64,000 nucleotides of DNA from Octopus sinensis (GCF_006345805.1 NC_043018.1:6448001-6512000), one strand, 5' to 3'. Shown: positions 13,286 through 26,319, counted from the stretch's first letter. Made by a program: numbers and translations. The notes: generated by a model not told the origin, from the letters alone.

Positions 13286-14037
13286 TATATATATATATAT
13301 ATATATATACACTTTTATTCTTTTACTGGTTTCCGTCATTTTGACTGTGGCCATGCTGGAGCACCATCTTTAGTTGAACAAATCGACCCCAGGACTTAAT
13401 CTTTGTAAGCCTAATACTTATTCTATCGGTCTCTTTTTGCCGAACCACTAGGTGACGGGGACATAAACACAGCAACATTGGTTGTCAAGCAATGGTAACG
13501 GGAGGACAAACACAGACACATACATGCATACATACATATATATACATCACCTTGACCGACCAGTCAGTTGGGCGTCCGTTTGACACCGCTGGTCACAGCA
13601 CGTTGTCCACTCCTCTGGATCGTGCCTTTCTCATCCATGTGATCCCAATGCGACGGGCTTCTTTCAGTTTCCATTTACCAAATCCACTCAAGACTTTGTT
13701 TCAGTTATTAGAGCGTGGCCATGCTGGGGCACTGCCTTGAAGAATTTTAGTCAAGCGAATAGATTGCAGTACATATTTTCTTCTAAGCTTGGTACCTTTT
13801 TCTATCAGCATCTTTTGCTGAACCACCAAGTTATTGGGATGTAAACACACCAACACCGGTTGTCAGACAGTGGTTGGACACACACACGCACTGTATCTTA
13901 AGAGGTCAACATGTTAATAATAAACACACACACACACACCAGTTCAATTTCTCTTCTTTACAAGATTTGCTTCCGCCCAGCTTCACATCAAGTCTTTGCA
14001 AAGCAAATACCCAGAAGAAGTGTGTGTGTGTGTGTAT

Positions 14038-14209
14038 GCAGGCGTGGCTGTATGGTAAGAAGCTTGCTTCCCAACCACATGGTTCTGGGTTCAGTCCCAC
14101 TGTGTGGCACCTTGGGCAAGTGTCTTTTACTATAACCTCGCACTGATCAAAGCCTTATGAGTGGATTTGGTGGATGGAAACTGAAAGAAGTCCATCGTAG
14201 ATATATATA

Positions 14210-14285
<76 letters not shown>

Positions 14286-14480
14286 CATGTCCCCCCCATC
14301 ACCACTTGACAACTGAAGTGAGTGTGTATACATCCCTGTAACTTAGTGGTTTGGCAAAAGAGACTGATAGAATAAGTACTAGGTTTATAAAGAATAAATC
14401 TTGGTGTCGATTTCTTTGACTGAAACCCTTCAAGGTAGTGTTCCAGCATGGCCACAGTCAAATGACTGAAACATATAAAT
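14038..14480 (+). mobile_element. SINE family A copy
   Basis: Full-length match to the family. Confidence 0.88.
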
Positions 14481-15481
14481 ATATATATATATATATATGG
14501 TGGCACGTAAAAAGCACCATCCGAACGTGGCCGATGCCAGCGCCGCCTTGACTGGCTTCTGTGCCAGTGGCACTAAAAAGCACCAACTGATTGTGGCAGC
14601 TGCCAGCCTCCCTTGGCACCTGTGCTGGTGGTATGTAAAAAGCACCCACTACACTCACGGTGGAGGAAGGGCATCCAGCTGCCAGATCAGACTGGAGCCT
14701 GGTGCAGCCTTCTGGCTTCCCAGACCCCGGTCGAACCGTCCAACCCGTGCTAGCACGGAAAACAGACATTAAACGATGATGATGATATATATATATGTAT
14801 ACATGAACGCGTGCACATATACATACATATATAGATACATGCATACGTATACACAGGCACATGTGATGGGCTTCTCCGTTTCCATCTATGATATTTACTC
14901 ACAATGCACTGGTCAGCTTGGGGCCAGTATAGAAGACACTCCATGAAGGTGCTGAACACTGGGACTGAACTCAGAACCATGTGGTCGCAAAGCAAGCTTT
15001 TTAATCACGCAGCCAAGTCTGCACTTACTATATACAGGTTTGAGTATGTGTGTGCATATATGTGCACCAGGGCGCTCAAATACACTTCTAGCACCAACAG
15101 ATGTAATTTCACCATCAAAACCTCCATCCACTATCATCACAAAACACCAACCACATCCCTATAGCTAGAGCACCTGCTGCTTTGATCTTGTTACCATCTC
15201 CATAGTGGTAATAAGGAATACATTGGTAGCAGTCTTAGTAATGGTATCGGTTGTTGTACAAGTGGGTGTTGGTAATGAGCGGTTGAGGCATAATCCGAAC
15301 GCAGACTGTCTGTCTGCCATCGTATTACACTGTACTGGGAAGGTGAAATCTAAACATGTTAACAGTTATTGCGGCTGCTGTTATTAATTGTTGGGATAAT
15401 TGGAGTGATGGTCATGGTGGGAGCAGTGACCAGAAAAGTGCACAGGGTGAGACTTAACTATAGTTTGCATACTATTTACTA

Positions 15482-15694
15482 TTTTACTTGTTTCAGTCAT
15501 TTGACTGAGGCCATACTGGAGCACCACCTTTAGTCGAGCAAATCAACCCCAGGACTTATTCTTTGTAAGCCTAGTACTTACTCTATCAGTCTCTTTTGCT
15601 GAACCGCTAAGTTACGGGGACATAAACACACCAGCATCGGTTGTCAAGCGATGTTGGAGGGACAAACACATATATGTATACATATACATACATA

Positions 15695-15748
<54 letters not shown>

Positions 15749-15912
15749 TATATACATACACATATATACAACGGGCTTCTTTCAGTTTCCGTCTACCACT
15801 TACAAGGCTTTGGTCGGCCCGAGGCTATAGTAGAAGACACTTGTCCAAGGAGCCACACAGTGGGACTGAACCTGGAACCATGTGGTTGGTAAGCAAGCTA
15901 CATACCACACAC
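15482..15912 (-). mobile_element. SINE family A copy
   Basis: Full-length match to the family. Confidence 0.88.
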
Positions 15913-15984
15913 AGTCAAGAAAAATTTTATAACATTATCCCAGAACTTCGATTCTGATAAGCAGATAACCTTGAATTCATTTAA

Positions 15985-16256
15985 CCCTCTAGCACTGACA
16001 TTTTGCTATCAAAAGTAATACTTATTAATTCACACTGTTTTGAATTAATCATGCATTGACTTGTAGCTTTGAGATTTTAATGAAGTAACTACTAGGTGTA
16101 GGAGTGACTGTGTGGTAAGTAGCTTGCTTACGAGCCACATGGTTCTGGGTTCAGTCCCACTGCGTGGCACCTTGGGCAAGTGTCTTCTAATATAGCCTCT
16201 GGCCAGCCAAAACCTTGTGAGTGGATTTGGTAGATGGAAACTGAAAGAAGCCCATC

Positions 16257-16304
<48 letters not shown>

Positions 16305-16804
16305 GTGCGTGTATATTTGTGTGTCTGTGTTTGTCCCTCTAGCATTGCTTGATTACCGATGATGGTGTGTTTATGTCACGTAGTGGTTCGGCAAAAGAGA
16401 CCGATAGAATAAGTACTGGGCTTACAAAGAATAAGTCCTGGGGTCGAGTTGCTCGATTAAAGGCAATGCTCCAGCATGGCCGCAGTCAAATGACTGAAAC
16501 AAATGAAAGAGTAAAGAGTGTGTGTGTGTGTCTATGTTTGTTCCTCCAGCATCGCTTGACAACCAATAGTGGTGTGTTTACATCCCCGTAACTTAGCAGT
16601 TAGGCAAAAGAGACCGATAGAATAAGTACTGGGCTTACAAAGAATAAGTCCTGGGGTTGATTTGCTCGACTAAAGGCGGTGCTCCAGTATGGCCACAGTC
16701 AAATGACTGAAACAAGTAAAAGAGTATTAATTTTTCTAGAATGATATTGTAGGGTTAGTACGAAGGGCTATGTTTGGGCCTGATATGGCTTAAGTACTAA
16801 AGGG
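15985..16804. mobile_element. piggyBac-like MITE with TTAA on both sides, containing one full and one half SINE A (16093-16725)
   Basis: TTAA(15981-84)|CCCTCTAGCAC ... GTACTAAAGGG|TTAA(16805-08). Confidence 0.8.
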
Positions 16805-17046
16805 TTAAATATTGTATTTAGGACCAATTAATTTTGTTAACATCTGTGGTAATAATAAATGATTACATGTGATAATAAGTTTGCTTCCCAACCACATGTT
16901 TCTGGGTTCAGTCCTACTGCATGGCAACTTGGGCAAGTGTCTTCTGCTATAGCCTTGGATTGACCAAAGCCTTGTGAATGGATTTGGTAGACCGAAGACG
17001 AAAGAAGCTCATATAGATGATTGTGTGTGTGTGTGTGTGTGTGTGT

Positions 17047-17805
17047 TATACCTCCAGTCATCTTCGTACATGGCTTCAGATTCAATATGGAGGCCTCCAT
17101 CAAGTGCCTAGAGGAGGTAGTGCTGGCCTGGGTCAAGAGGGTGGCTGCTGGAAGACCCTATGTCTGTCGACAGGACTCTGCACCATGCTGCACAAGCAGA
17201 AGAACCCAGTCATGGCTGTCAAATAATTTCTGTGACAACATCACCCCATAACATCTGGTTACCCCTTCAGGGTTGGCGAAAGTGATGTGGTGGACAACAT
17301 AAAACCTGGCTGATGACAGTCAAGGCTGATCTGGAACCCAACCTAGGACCCCATATCTACGGCGTTCGCCGCTGGAATAAGGAGTGGTTGGAGATCACGG
17401 GGTCGTTAGCCTCAAATTGCCAGGTCTGGTCAGCGTTTGTGAGAGATGCAGCATTGAGGATGAATGAAGCCAGCTCAACCCACCCCGGGTGAATGCTGTC
17501 TCAAGACAAGACCTAACTCATCAGACTGCAACCTCTTTATTATGTGTGGTGTGCAGTTGAGCGAGAGACCAACAAAACATCTTGAAACACAAAAGATGAA
17601 CTGAGGGCAAGGATTATGGCAGCATTCACCAATTTAAATGAGGACTGTCCAGAAGAGCTGCAGGAGATTCCAAAGTCATTGAATAAATTTACTCTTTAAT
17701 ATTTCAAGATATTTTAATGTAATTTTGGTAAATCTGTTGAAATGAGGTGTCAATGTTATTTTCATTTTTGCCTAATTCAGACGACAGTTTATTCACCACA
17801 CCCTG
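17047..17805 (+). mobile_element. Tc1/mariner DD37D (maT-like) transposase 3' half with right TIR, interrupted by an RTE fragment
   Basis: Degenerate translation RQDSAPCCTSRRTQSWLSNNFCDNITP..IW[RTE insert]PNSSDCN..YYVWCAVERETNK..TKDELRARIMAAFTNL; ends CACACCCTG|TA. Confidence 0.75.
17262..17511 (+). mobile_element. RTE LINE 3' fragment inserted in the DD37D element
   Basis: High identity to 3866-4110; CAAGACAAGA tail. Confidence 0.85.
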
Positions 17806-18279
17806 TATATAGTGAGGGCACATGACCTTTCACTGCCCCTCACTGTTTTTAGGATTGAGGATAATTAAGCTATTATTTCTAGCATGTTGATCTACTGTGT
17901 AGAGGTTCTCACTAATCAAGGGTTATCTGACTAAAGAGTAGTCAATTGTGTTGGAAGGTAGTCAAAATTTTCAATTTTGGTTTTGTATGTATGTATGTAT
18001 GTATGTGTGTGTGTCTGTGCATGTATGCACACGTGTGTGCATGAATGTATATAGCTGTATAAGGACTGACCGTAGATTGATTCTAATTTGCTCAATTATA
18101 ATTTAATGTATTCAAATATTGATGATATTCTTATTTAAAATCAAAAATTTAAATTAACAAAGTCTAAATCAAATGTGTGTGTGTGTGTGTGTGGTTTGCC
18201 AAATTGGGCTGCAAGTAGCAGATTATGCTTCTTTGGAAGATTATATGCTACATACGTATGTGTGTGTGTGTATACATAC

Positions 18280-18333
<54 letters not shown>

Positions 18334-18466
18334 ATTCATAGCATATAGTTTTGCAAAGCAGCATAATCTACTGCTTGTAGCCGGATTTGGCAAACCATGT
18401 CCTGCCAAAAGTCGACATAAAATATGTAACACTATTGATTCAATGAACTATATTTTGCCCTTTACA

Positions 18467-18766
18467 TCTATATCTATAAACGGCAAAATGTCTGTCTGTG
18501 TGTGTGTGTGTGTCCTTTATACAAATCCACAATTTTTCAGTTAGAGGGCTCGCACTTTCTATGGTCATTCAAAACCGTCCAAGGGTGGTCATGCACATCT
18601 TTACATTTCCCCAGTCACCCAGCAAAGCCATTAAAAAACCAATAGAAGTGACTTTTTTGTGAATTTTTTATCCAAAACCCAATCAAAATGCCCGAAACTT
18701 GATACGCCAATTGAATGCCAGCTAGCTGTATGTGATTGGTCGGAGATTTGGACAGTACTCGCGTGT
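18467..18766 (+). mobile_element. Helitron copy (5' TC end present, 3' CTAG end missing)
   Basis: A|TCTATATCTATAAACGGCAAAATGTCTGTC; ~300 bp highly similar to 6380-6736. Confidence 0.75.
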
Positions 18767-18880
18767 ATATTCTGCAGTTACTTGTAATTTTCTTCATTTT
18801 ATCATTATCATTATTATCATTACGGAGATGTACTCGCATAGCAAGTGACTTGATCTGAGATCGTGTGCTGGAACAAAAAC

Positions 18881-19118
18881 AATTGCAGCGTGGAAGGTGT
18901 TTATAAGCCATTTAAGAAACACACAAAGGCCGTTCGATTCACTTCAACGTTTAAATTTAATTTGTCAAAAGAGATGCAGCACAAAGCTTTGTCAGTGAAC
19001 AGGTCGCAGTCTCAAAGCGACGAAAATATTTTGACAAATTAAATTTAAATGTTGAAGTGAATCGAACGGCTTTTGTGTGATTCTTAAATGGCTTATAAAC
19101 ACCTTCCACACTGCAATT
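18881..19118. repeat. Palindrome with ~90-bp arms built from two opposed copies of a ~135-bp dispersed repeat
   Basis: Arms 18881-18970 and 19029-19118; monomers at 26916-27060 and 33723-33855. Confidence 0.85.
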
Positions 19119-19644
19119 ATTATTATTATTAAGGTAGTGAGCTGGCAGAATCGTTAGCATGTTAGGCAAAATGCTTAGCGGTATTTCGTCTGCTTCTACG
19201 TTCTGAGTTCAAATTCCACTGAGGTCGACTTTGCCTTTCATCCTTTCGGGGTTGATAAATTAAGTACCAGTGAAACACTAGAGTCAATGAAATCGACTAA
19301 CCCCCCTCCTCCTAAATGTCAGGCTTTGTGTCTATATTATTATTATTATTATTATTGTTATTATTCAGTAATGTCTGTTGCCACTTTTCCATGACTTTTC
19401 CATGCTGAACATTTGAGCCCCAGGTAAACCTCTTTTCCAGCTGATTAACGACACACAGCTTGTGATTGATATATAGCGAGTAAGGAGGTTGTGTGTCGTT
19501 AATCAGCTGGAAATGATATTTTCCTGGGTTAAAATGTAACATTGCTCCGCATGGAACAGCCACGCAAAAGTGGCAACATTACTGTTTAGTATCGTTACTA
19601 CTTGAATCTCTTTCAGAGATTTTAAAACCAGCTAATTTAGATTA

Positions 19645-20216
19645 TTATTATTATTATTATTGAGTGAGAGAGCAGTGCATGCCATCAAAGTGACACTAGG
19701 GTAAAATATACGAAGCCCAGTATACCCATCATGACTACCCGTTTGATAAGGGTACACTAGGCACATGCATCACAGACATATGTGCGCGACATGGTGATCT
19801 CATATTAAGATAAACAGCACATGACCTTGCAGGTGGGGCCCAGTTAGAATTTTCTTCTGGTCGAGTAACCCATCCCGCTCAAAAGGTCCTTGAATAAGGA
19901 TTGTTTAAGGATGTTGAATGAAACACTCATGTTTCTAGAGGTGAATTATTTAAACCCCAAAGAATCCCTTTCAACACATGGTTATGATGCTCCCCGACTA
20001 CTTCTGCTCGTGATCTGAGTTACACATTGCCAGCCACTAAGGGACATGCTCAACTGGTTAAGGTCAAACAACTGACAAGCAAATCTGTGGTATTGAACAG
20101 AATATTTGCTGTAGCCCATCTTTTATACCAAGACAAAACAATGTACATGATAACACCTCCAATTGGTTAAGATCAGAAGCCATGAGAGCCACTGCCTGGT
20201 ACTGCATCAGGGCATT
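19645..20216 (-). mobile_element. Interspersed repeat with (AAT)n tail, probably a LINE 3' UTR
   Basis: Non-coding complex sequence ending in CTCACTCAATAATAATAAT on the - strand; partial second copy at about 41415-41495(+). Confidence 0.6.
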
Positions 20217-20492
20217 TATTATTATTATTATTATCATTATTATTACTATTTATTTTTTTTCTTCTTTCTTCAAATTTTCTTCCATTTCTTGCTGAATGTT
20301 TTCCGTACACCTAGAGCAGAAAAGCTCATTGTATGCATTCCCAGATTACACACGCAAAATTCACAGGTAAAATATGTATTTAAAAAAAAATTAACATATA
20401 AATAAATTCATGAATGGATGTTGTTTTCACAGCGATATTGTTTTGTTGTATATCATTATAATTATTATTATTATTGTTGTTGTAGCTTCAAA

Positions 20493-20530
20493 ATGCCAGG
20501 CAGAAAAAGGGGCCCCAAGTCTCACGCGCG
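20493..20530 (+). CDS. Candidate start-codon micro-exon (exon 20486-20530): MPGRKRGPKSHA(R)
   Basis: TTGTTGTAG acceptor at 20485, CAAAATG start context, GTAAGT donor at 20531. The phase-2 end (CG) joins the first base (T) of the exon at 60930 to give CGT=Arg in frame. Confidence 0.65.
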
Positions 20531-20702
20531 GTAAGTAGTACTTGCTTATTTAAATTTTCATAAACTCAGATGTCATTGGTGTTTGCTTTTAGGGAGAACA
20601 ACAAAATGCATATCTGTACAATTTAGAGCTGAGTAACTGTGTGCTGCAGGGTTTTTTTTTTTTGATGTGCCTGTTTTTTCTGGAAAATTTCTTGTCAATG
20701 TT

Positions 20703-20728
<26 letters not shown>

Positions 20729-20734
<6 letters not shown>

Positions 20735-20927
20735 CAAAATAAGCAACAAGAATGACTCCGGTAATTCGGTACGATTGTTTAGGTACTACATCATTTTATT
20801 AAATGTTGTAAGTATTGCAACAGATTTAAGATGCTGAGTACTCATCAGCCACATTTAATAAAATGATGTAGTATGAAATGATCGTACCAAATTACCGGAG
20901 TCATTCTTGTTGCTTATTTTGATTATA
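20729..20927. mobile_element. Fold-back MITE with ~78-bp terminal inverted repeats, left end in (TA)n
   Basis: TATAATCAAAATAAGCAACAAGAATGACTCCGGTAATT...AATTACCGGAGTCATTCTTGTTGCTTATTTTGATTATA. Confidence 0.85.
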
Positions 20928-21022
20928 ATCAACCCACGGATTTTTATGGATAACACCATACAAAATTCTGGTGCATCTAAATTAAGTACTATATTCATTT
21001 GAATCAAAATTTTTGCTGAACT

Positions 21023-21103
<81 letters not shown>

Positions 21104-22532
21104 CTGTTGCCTGGTGCAGGCATGGCTGTGTGGTGAAAGAAGTTTGCTTTGTGACCACATGGTTTTGGGTTCAGTCCTACTGATATGTGGGGTCTTGGTC
21201 ATGTGCCTTCTATTATAGCCCCGAGATGACCAGTGCTTTGTGTGTGGATTTGGTAGATGGAAACTGTGGAAACCTGTTTTGTGTGTGTGTGTGTATGTGT
21301 ATGCAAGAGAGAGATAAGTTGTGATACAGTTTCTATCTATAACATTTCATGTATAAGGCATTAGTCAGTAAAAGGCTCTGCTAGGAGACACTTGCCCAAG
21401 ATACCGTGCAGTGGAATTGAAACCTGATATCTGTGGTTGCACAGCAGATGTTTTAAACACCCTCAAGCCTTCACCTCTCTCCCTCATTCTCTCTTACTGT
21501 CTGTTTTTCATTCCCCTCCTACCTTGTTCCCATTACTAGACTCTCACAGAGGCAATGTGGATACAGTGTTCGACCACCGACACAGACATATTAAGCGCAA
21601 CGTCATTGCATGCTTTCATTTTTTTATATTTGGTTTTGCAAAATTCTTGATGTGAACTCATGTTGAAATATACATTGTTGTATCTCGAGTGGGTCATTAT
21701 GCCAATACACACGCACTGGTTGTATTTCACATCTTTATTATTTTTTTTTTATTAGTCAGTCATTTAACCATTTAACTAATTGACTAATCCATTGTTTGAT
21801 TAGCCATTCAATCAATCAGTCAATCATTGCATATATTTTGTGTGACCTCACTTAATTTTGATCATCTCTGCTTACTTTTGTGTTGTTATTGTTGTTGAGT
21901 ATACCTACAATCTAAGGCGTTCCAATGCTGACCGTTCACCTTTTTTTGTATCTATGACTACATTAAGGCGTCGAGCTGGCAGAATGGTTAGCACACCGGG
22001 CGAAATGCTTAGCGGTATTTTATGTGCCGCTACATTCTGTGTTCAAATTCCACTGAGGTAGACTTTGCCTTTCATCCTTTCGGGGTCGATTAAATAAGTA
22101 CCAGTTATGCACTGGGGTCGATATAATCGACTTAATCCCTTTGTCTGTCTTTGTTTGTCCTCTCTGTGTTTAGCCCCTTGTGGGTAGTAAAGAAATAGGT
22201 ATTTTTTCCTGTTGTTTAGGTTTAGAGTTCAAATTCTGCCAAGATCGACTTCGCCTTTCATCCCTTTGGCTGGTCGATGAGATAGAAGTACCAGTAAAAT
22301 ACTGAGGTCAATGTAATCGAATTGCCCCCCCACAAAATTGCTGGCCTTGCGCCAAAATTAGAAAGCATATATAGATATTTAAAATACGGCGAGCTGGTAA
22401 AAGTGTTAGTGCGTCGGACAAAATGCTTAGCAACATTTCTTCCAACTCTTTATATTCCAAGTTCAAATTCTGCCATGGTCATGTTTTCCTTTTATCCCTA
22501 CGGAGTTCATAAAATAAAGTACTGGTCAAGTG

Positions 22533-22860
22533 TTGGCGCGTGGCTTAGTGGTTAGGGTATTGGACTCATGAGCCTAAGATTGTGGTTTCGATTCCTGCAC
22601 CTGGCGATGTGTTGTGCTCTTGAGCAAAACACTTCATTTCACGTTGCAAAACACTTCACATTGTTCCGGTCCACCCAGGTGGCAAAAACGAGTACCACTA
22701 GTGGAGGCATATCGCTTAGTGGTTAGGGTATTGTATTCACGCCCATGTGATTGTGGTTTCGATCCCTGGACCGTGTGATCCGTTATGTTCTTGAGCAAAA
22801 CACTTCATTTCGCGTAGCTCCAGCCCACTCAGCTGTAGAAATGAGTTTAGCCTGGGGAGG
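22533..22860 (+). mobile_element. Two degenerate tRNA-headed SINE heads (family E: TGTTCTTGAGCAAAACACTTCATTTC...CTCCAG.CCACTCAGCTG)
   Basis: TGGCTTAGTGGTTAGGG A-box and GGTTTCGATTCC B-box; related copy on - at about 51950-52315. Confidence 0.65.
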
Positions 22861-23792
22861 GATGGGCTCTGCCAGGATTTCTGGTCCTAGATACGCTGCA
22901 TGGCTACAGTGTCCCTACGACCCCCAAAGGGTTAAAACCTTGTCAGTTGCCAAGCATTGGGTCCAATGTAATTGCTGGCCTTGAACTCTGCAACGAACTG
23001 GCGTCCCATTGAAGGGTTATGTTATAAAGTCGGTCGATCGCACACCATGGAAACTGGGGAACCAGCCTTATGGGTATTAGGTCCAAGAAAACAAACAGAA
23101 AGCTCATCTTGTGTGCTCTTCATATTTCTCAGATGGAAGAATGGTATTTGAAAAAGATTTGGAATGGTCAGCTTCTGTTTGTGATTGGAGCCGACTCGAT
23201 TCAACCCGAGGGAATGCTGATCCACTCTCAAGTGCAAAGACCAGATGAGACTGGGTGGGGGCGGGAGTTTATTGAGGCATATTTCTTACAGCTGGATGCC
23301 CTTCTTGTTGCCAACCCATATCTGTTTCCAAACAGTATATTTCCCATGGTCAGACTTATAACAACGAGCTTCTATGCAGTTTCCGTCTACCAAATTCAAC
23401 CCACAAGGCATTGACCGGCCCGGATGAGGCTATAATAGAAGACACTTGCTCAAGGTGCCACTCAGTAGGAAAGAACCAGAAACTAACATGGTTGCAAAGC
23501 AGTGAAATCTTACGATACATATATATATTTCTTTACTGCCCTCAAGGGGCTAAACAAGGACAGACAAACGGATTAAGTCGATTACATCGCCCCCAGTGTG
23601 CAATCATTAACAGTACTTTCAAGCAATTCAGCCCTGAGCAACGCCGGGCAATTCTGCTGGTATGTATATATATCTGGCGAAGAGGTATGCTCGAAACATC
23701 AGACTCTTTCTTTTTTCCGAGCGTCAAGCTAATACATTCCTTGTGCCTGTCTTTTTGTTAATTTTATTATTATTATTATTGTTATTTAGAAT

Positions 23793-23835
<43 letters not shown>

Positions 23836-24224
23836 ATACACACACACACATATATATATATATATTATGCAGATCACTCGCTCGCTTGGTATTTTTCTCT
23901 GACCCTATTTTAGATATTAACACACCCAGGCCAAGTTATTTAATCATTTGTCTCCTTTTTTTTTCTGTTGACGGAAAGCTGTGAAAAAAAAAAGAAAAAA
24001 GAAAAAAATAGTAAAGAAAAAAGGCGTGGCCGTTGTAATGGTAGTGATGTGTCTGTGTGCCTGCTTGTGGGAGGGATTGTGTGTATAGTGAAGGTTTGTA
24101 GTACAAGTTTTATGAATGACTTGTTTTTGATGTGGTTGCTGTTGCTGGTTTTGGACGATTCCAACACTCTGCATTCCATTGTTACCTGGAATGCTCGTTC
24201 CAGGTCGATTTTTTTTCGAACTTT

Positions 24225-24861
24225 GTGTGTGGCTGTGTGGTAAGAATTTTGTTTCCCCACCACATAGTTCCGGGTTCAGTTCCACTACGTAGCACCTTAG
24301 GCATGCGTCTTCTACTATAGCTTCGGGCTGACCAAAGCCTTGTGGAGATTTGGTAGACGGAAACAGAAAGAAACCCGTCGCATGCGTGTGTGTGTGTGTG
24401 TGTGTGTGTGTTGTGTGTTTGTCCGCTCCCCCTTCATCGGCTGACAACCGGTTGAAGTGTTTACGTCCCCGTAAGTTAACGGTTCGACAAAAAAGAAAAA
24501 AAAAGGAGTGGCTGTGTGGTAAGTAGTTTGCTTACCAACCACATGGTTCCGGGTTCATTCCCACTGCGTGGCACCTTAGGCAAGTAAGTGTCTTCTACTA
24601 TAGCCTCGGGCCGACCAAAGCCTTGTGAGTGGATTTGGTAGATGGAAACTGAAAGAAGCCTGTCGTATATGTGTGCATGTTTGTCTCCTCAACATCGCTT
24701 GACAACCGATGCTGGTGTGTTTACGTCCCCGTAACTTAGCGGGTCGGCAAAAGAGACCGATAAAATAAATACCAGACTTACAAAGAATAAGTCCTGGGGG
24801 TCGATTTGCTCGATTAAAGGTGGTGCTCCGTCATGGCCGCAGTCAAATGCGAGCGTAAAGA

Positions 24862-24910
<49 letters not shown>

Positions 24911-25270
24911 GGCGCAGAAGTGGCTGTGTGGTAAGTAGCTTGCTTACCAACCACATGGTTCCAGGTTCAGTCCCACTGCGTGGCACCTTGGGCAAGTGTC
25001 TTCTACTATAGCCTCTGGCCGACCAAAGCCTTGTGAGTGGATTTGGTATATATATATGTGTGCGTGTATGTTTGTGTGTCTGTGTTTGTCCCCCTAGCAT
25101 TGCTTGACAACCGATGCTGGTGTGTTTATGTCCCCGTCACTTAGCGGTTCGGCAAAAGAGACCGATAGAATAAGTACTGGGCTTACAAAGAATAAGTCCC
25201 GGGGTCGAGTTGCTCGACTAAAGGCGGTGCTCCAGCATGGCCTCAGTCAACTGACTGAAACGAGTAAAAG
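24225..25270 (+). mobile_element. Three tandem SINE A copies (24225-24490, 24505-24865, 24910-25270)
   Basis: Repeated head/body matches; followed by an inverted copy at 25380-25665. Confidence 0.85.
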
Positions 25271-25271
25271 A

Positions 25272-25316
<45 letters not shown>

Positions 25317-25727
25317 TATATAATGTGCGTGCATATTTTTTTGTGTCTGTGTTATTCCACCTACCTCTTGGCAATCTATGTTAGTTTGTCTACGTCGTAA
25401 CATAGCGGTTTGACAAAAGGGATCGGTGGAATAAGTACAAGGCTTAAAATATAAATACTGTGGGGGGACAGACACACAAACATACACACACACACATTTA
25501 TACATACGACGGGCTTCTTTCAGTTTCCGTCTACTAAATCTACTCACAAGGCTTTGCCGAGGCTATAGTAGGAGACACTTGTCCAAGGTGCCATGCAGTG
25601 GCACTGAACCCGGAACCATGTGGTTGGTAAGCAAGCTGCTTACCACACAGTCACTCCTGCGCCTATTCCTATATATATATGTATATATAGGTTAGATAAA
25701 ATTTGTTTGTGACATATTTCAACTGCA

Positions 25728-25741
25728 GTTACCATGGAGAC
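25728..25741. promoter_or_regulatory. RFX X-box-like motif GTTACCATGGAGAC
   Basis: Matches the GTYNCY-AT-RGNRAC X-box pattern and opens a ~450-bp non-repetitive CpG-containing stretch. Confidence 0.4.
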
Positions 25742-26319
25742 AGTGTGCGGCGCAGCAGGACTGAACTCGAAACCTTGAGCTTCTCAACTACACTGTCTTT
25801 TACCATTTTATTTTCAACTGGTGCAATTTATTTCATTTTGTCCGACCAACGAAAAACTGTCCTGGTTCCTCTCCACACACACAAACACAACATCGCTGCC
25901 CTGTCCTACAAAAGAATGCTTGGAAAGTTATAAAACGTTTAATCTGAGACCTTCGCCGGATATTGTAGACGTATTAAGTTTCTGCTGTCGTCCTCCTATT
26001 AACACCCGTATGTATTGCTAGTGACGTATATACCCGGGCTATTTGTACTTTCATCACGTACTTGTGTGCCAGTATTTGCTTGTGGGAAGTGTTGAATACC
26101 CTAACCTGGTTACAGCCGACTAAACGCATTCCGGGTGAACATCAACGCGTGTAAGAATATATGTTCGCTGCTTATATACATGTTATACACCCCACTTCTA
26201 AAGCAGATGGATATTGATATAGGTGAGAAAACACACTCACTCTCTCTCTCTCATATATATATATGTGTGTGTGTCATAATATACGGGTTCAAGTAATCCA
26301 GTAATACAAAAATAAACTC

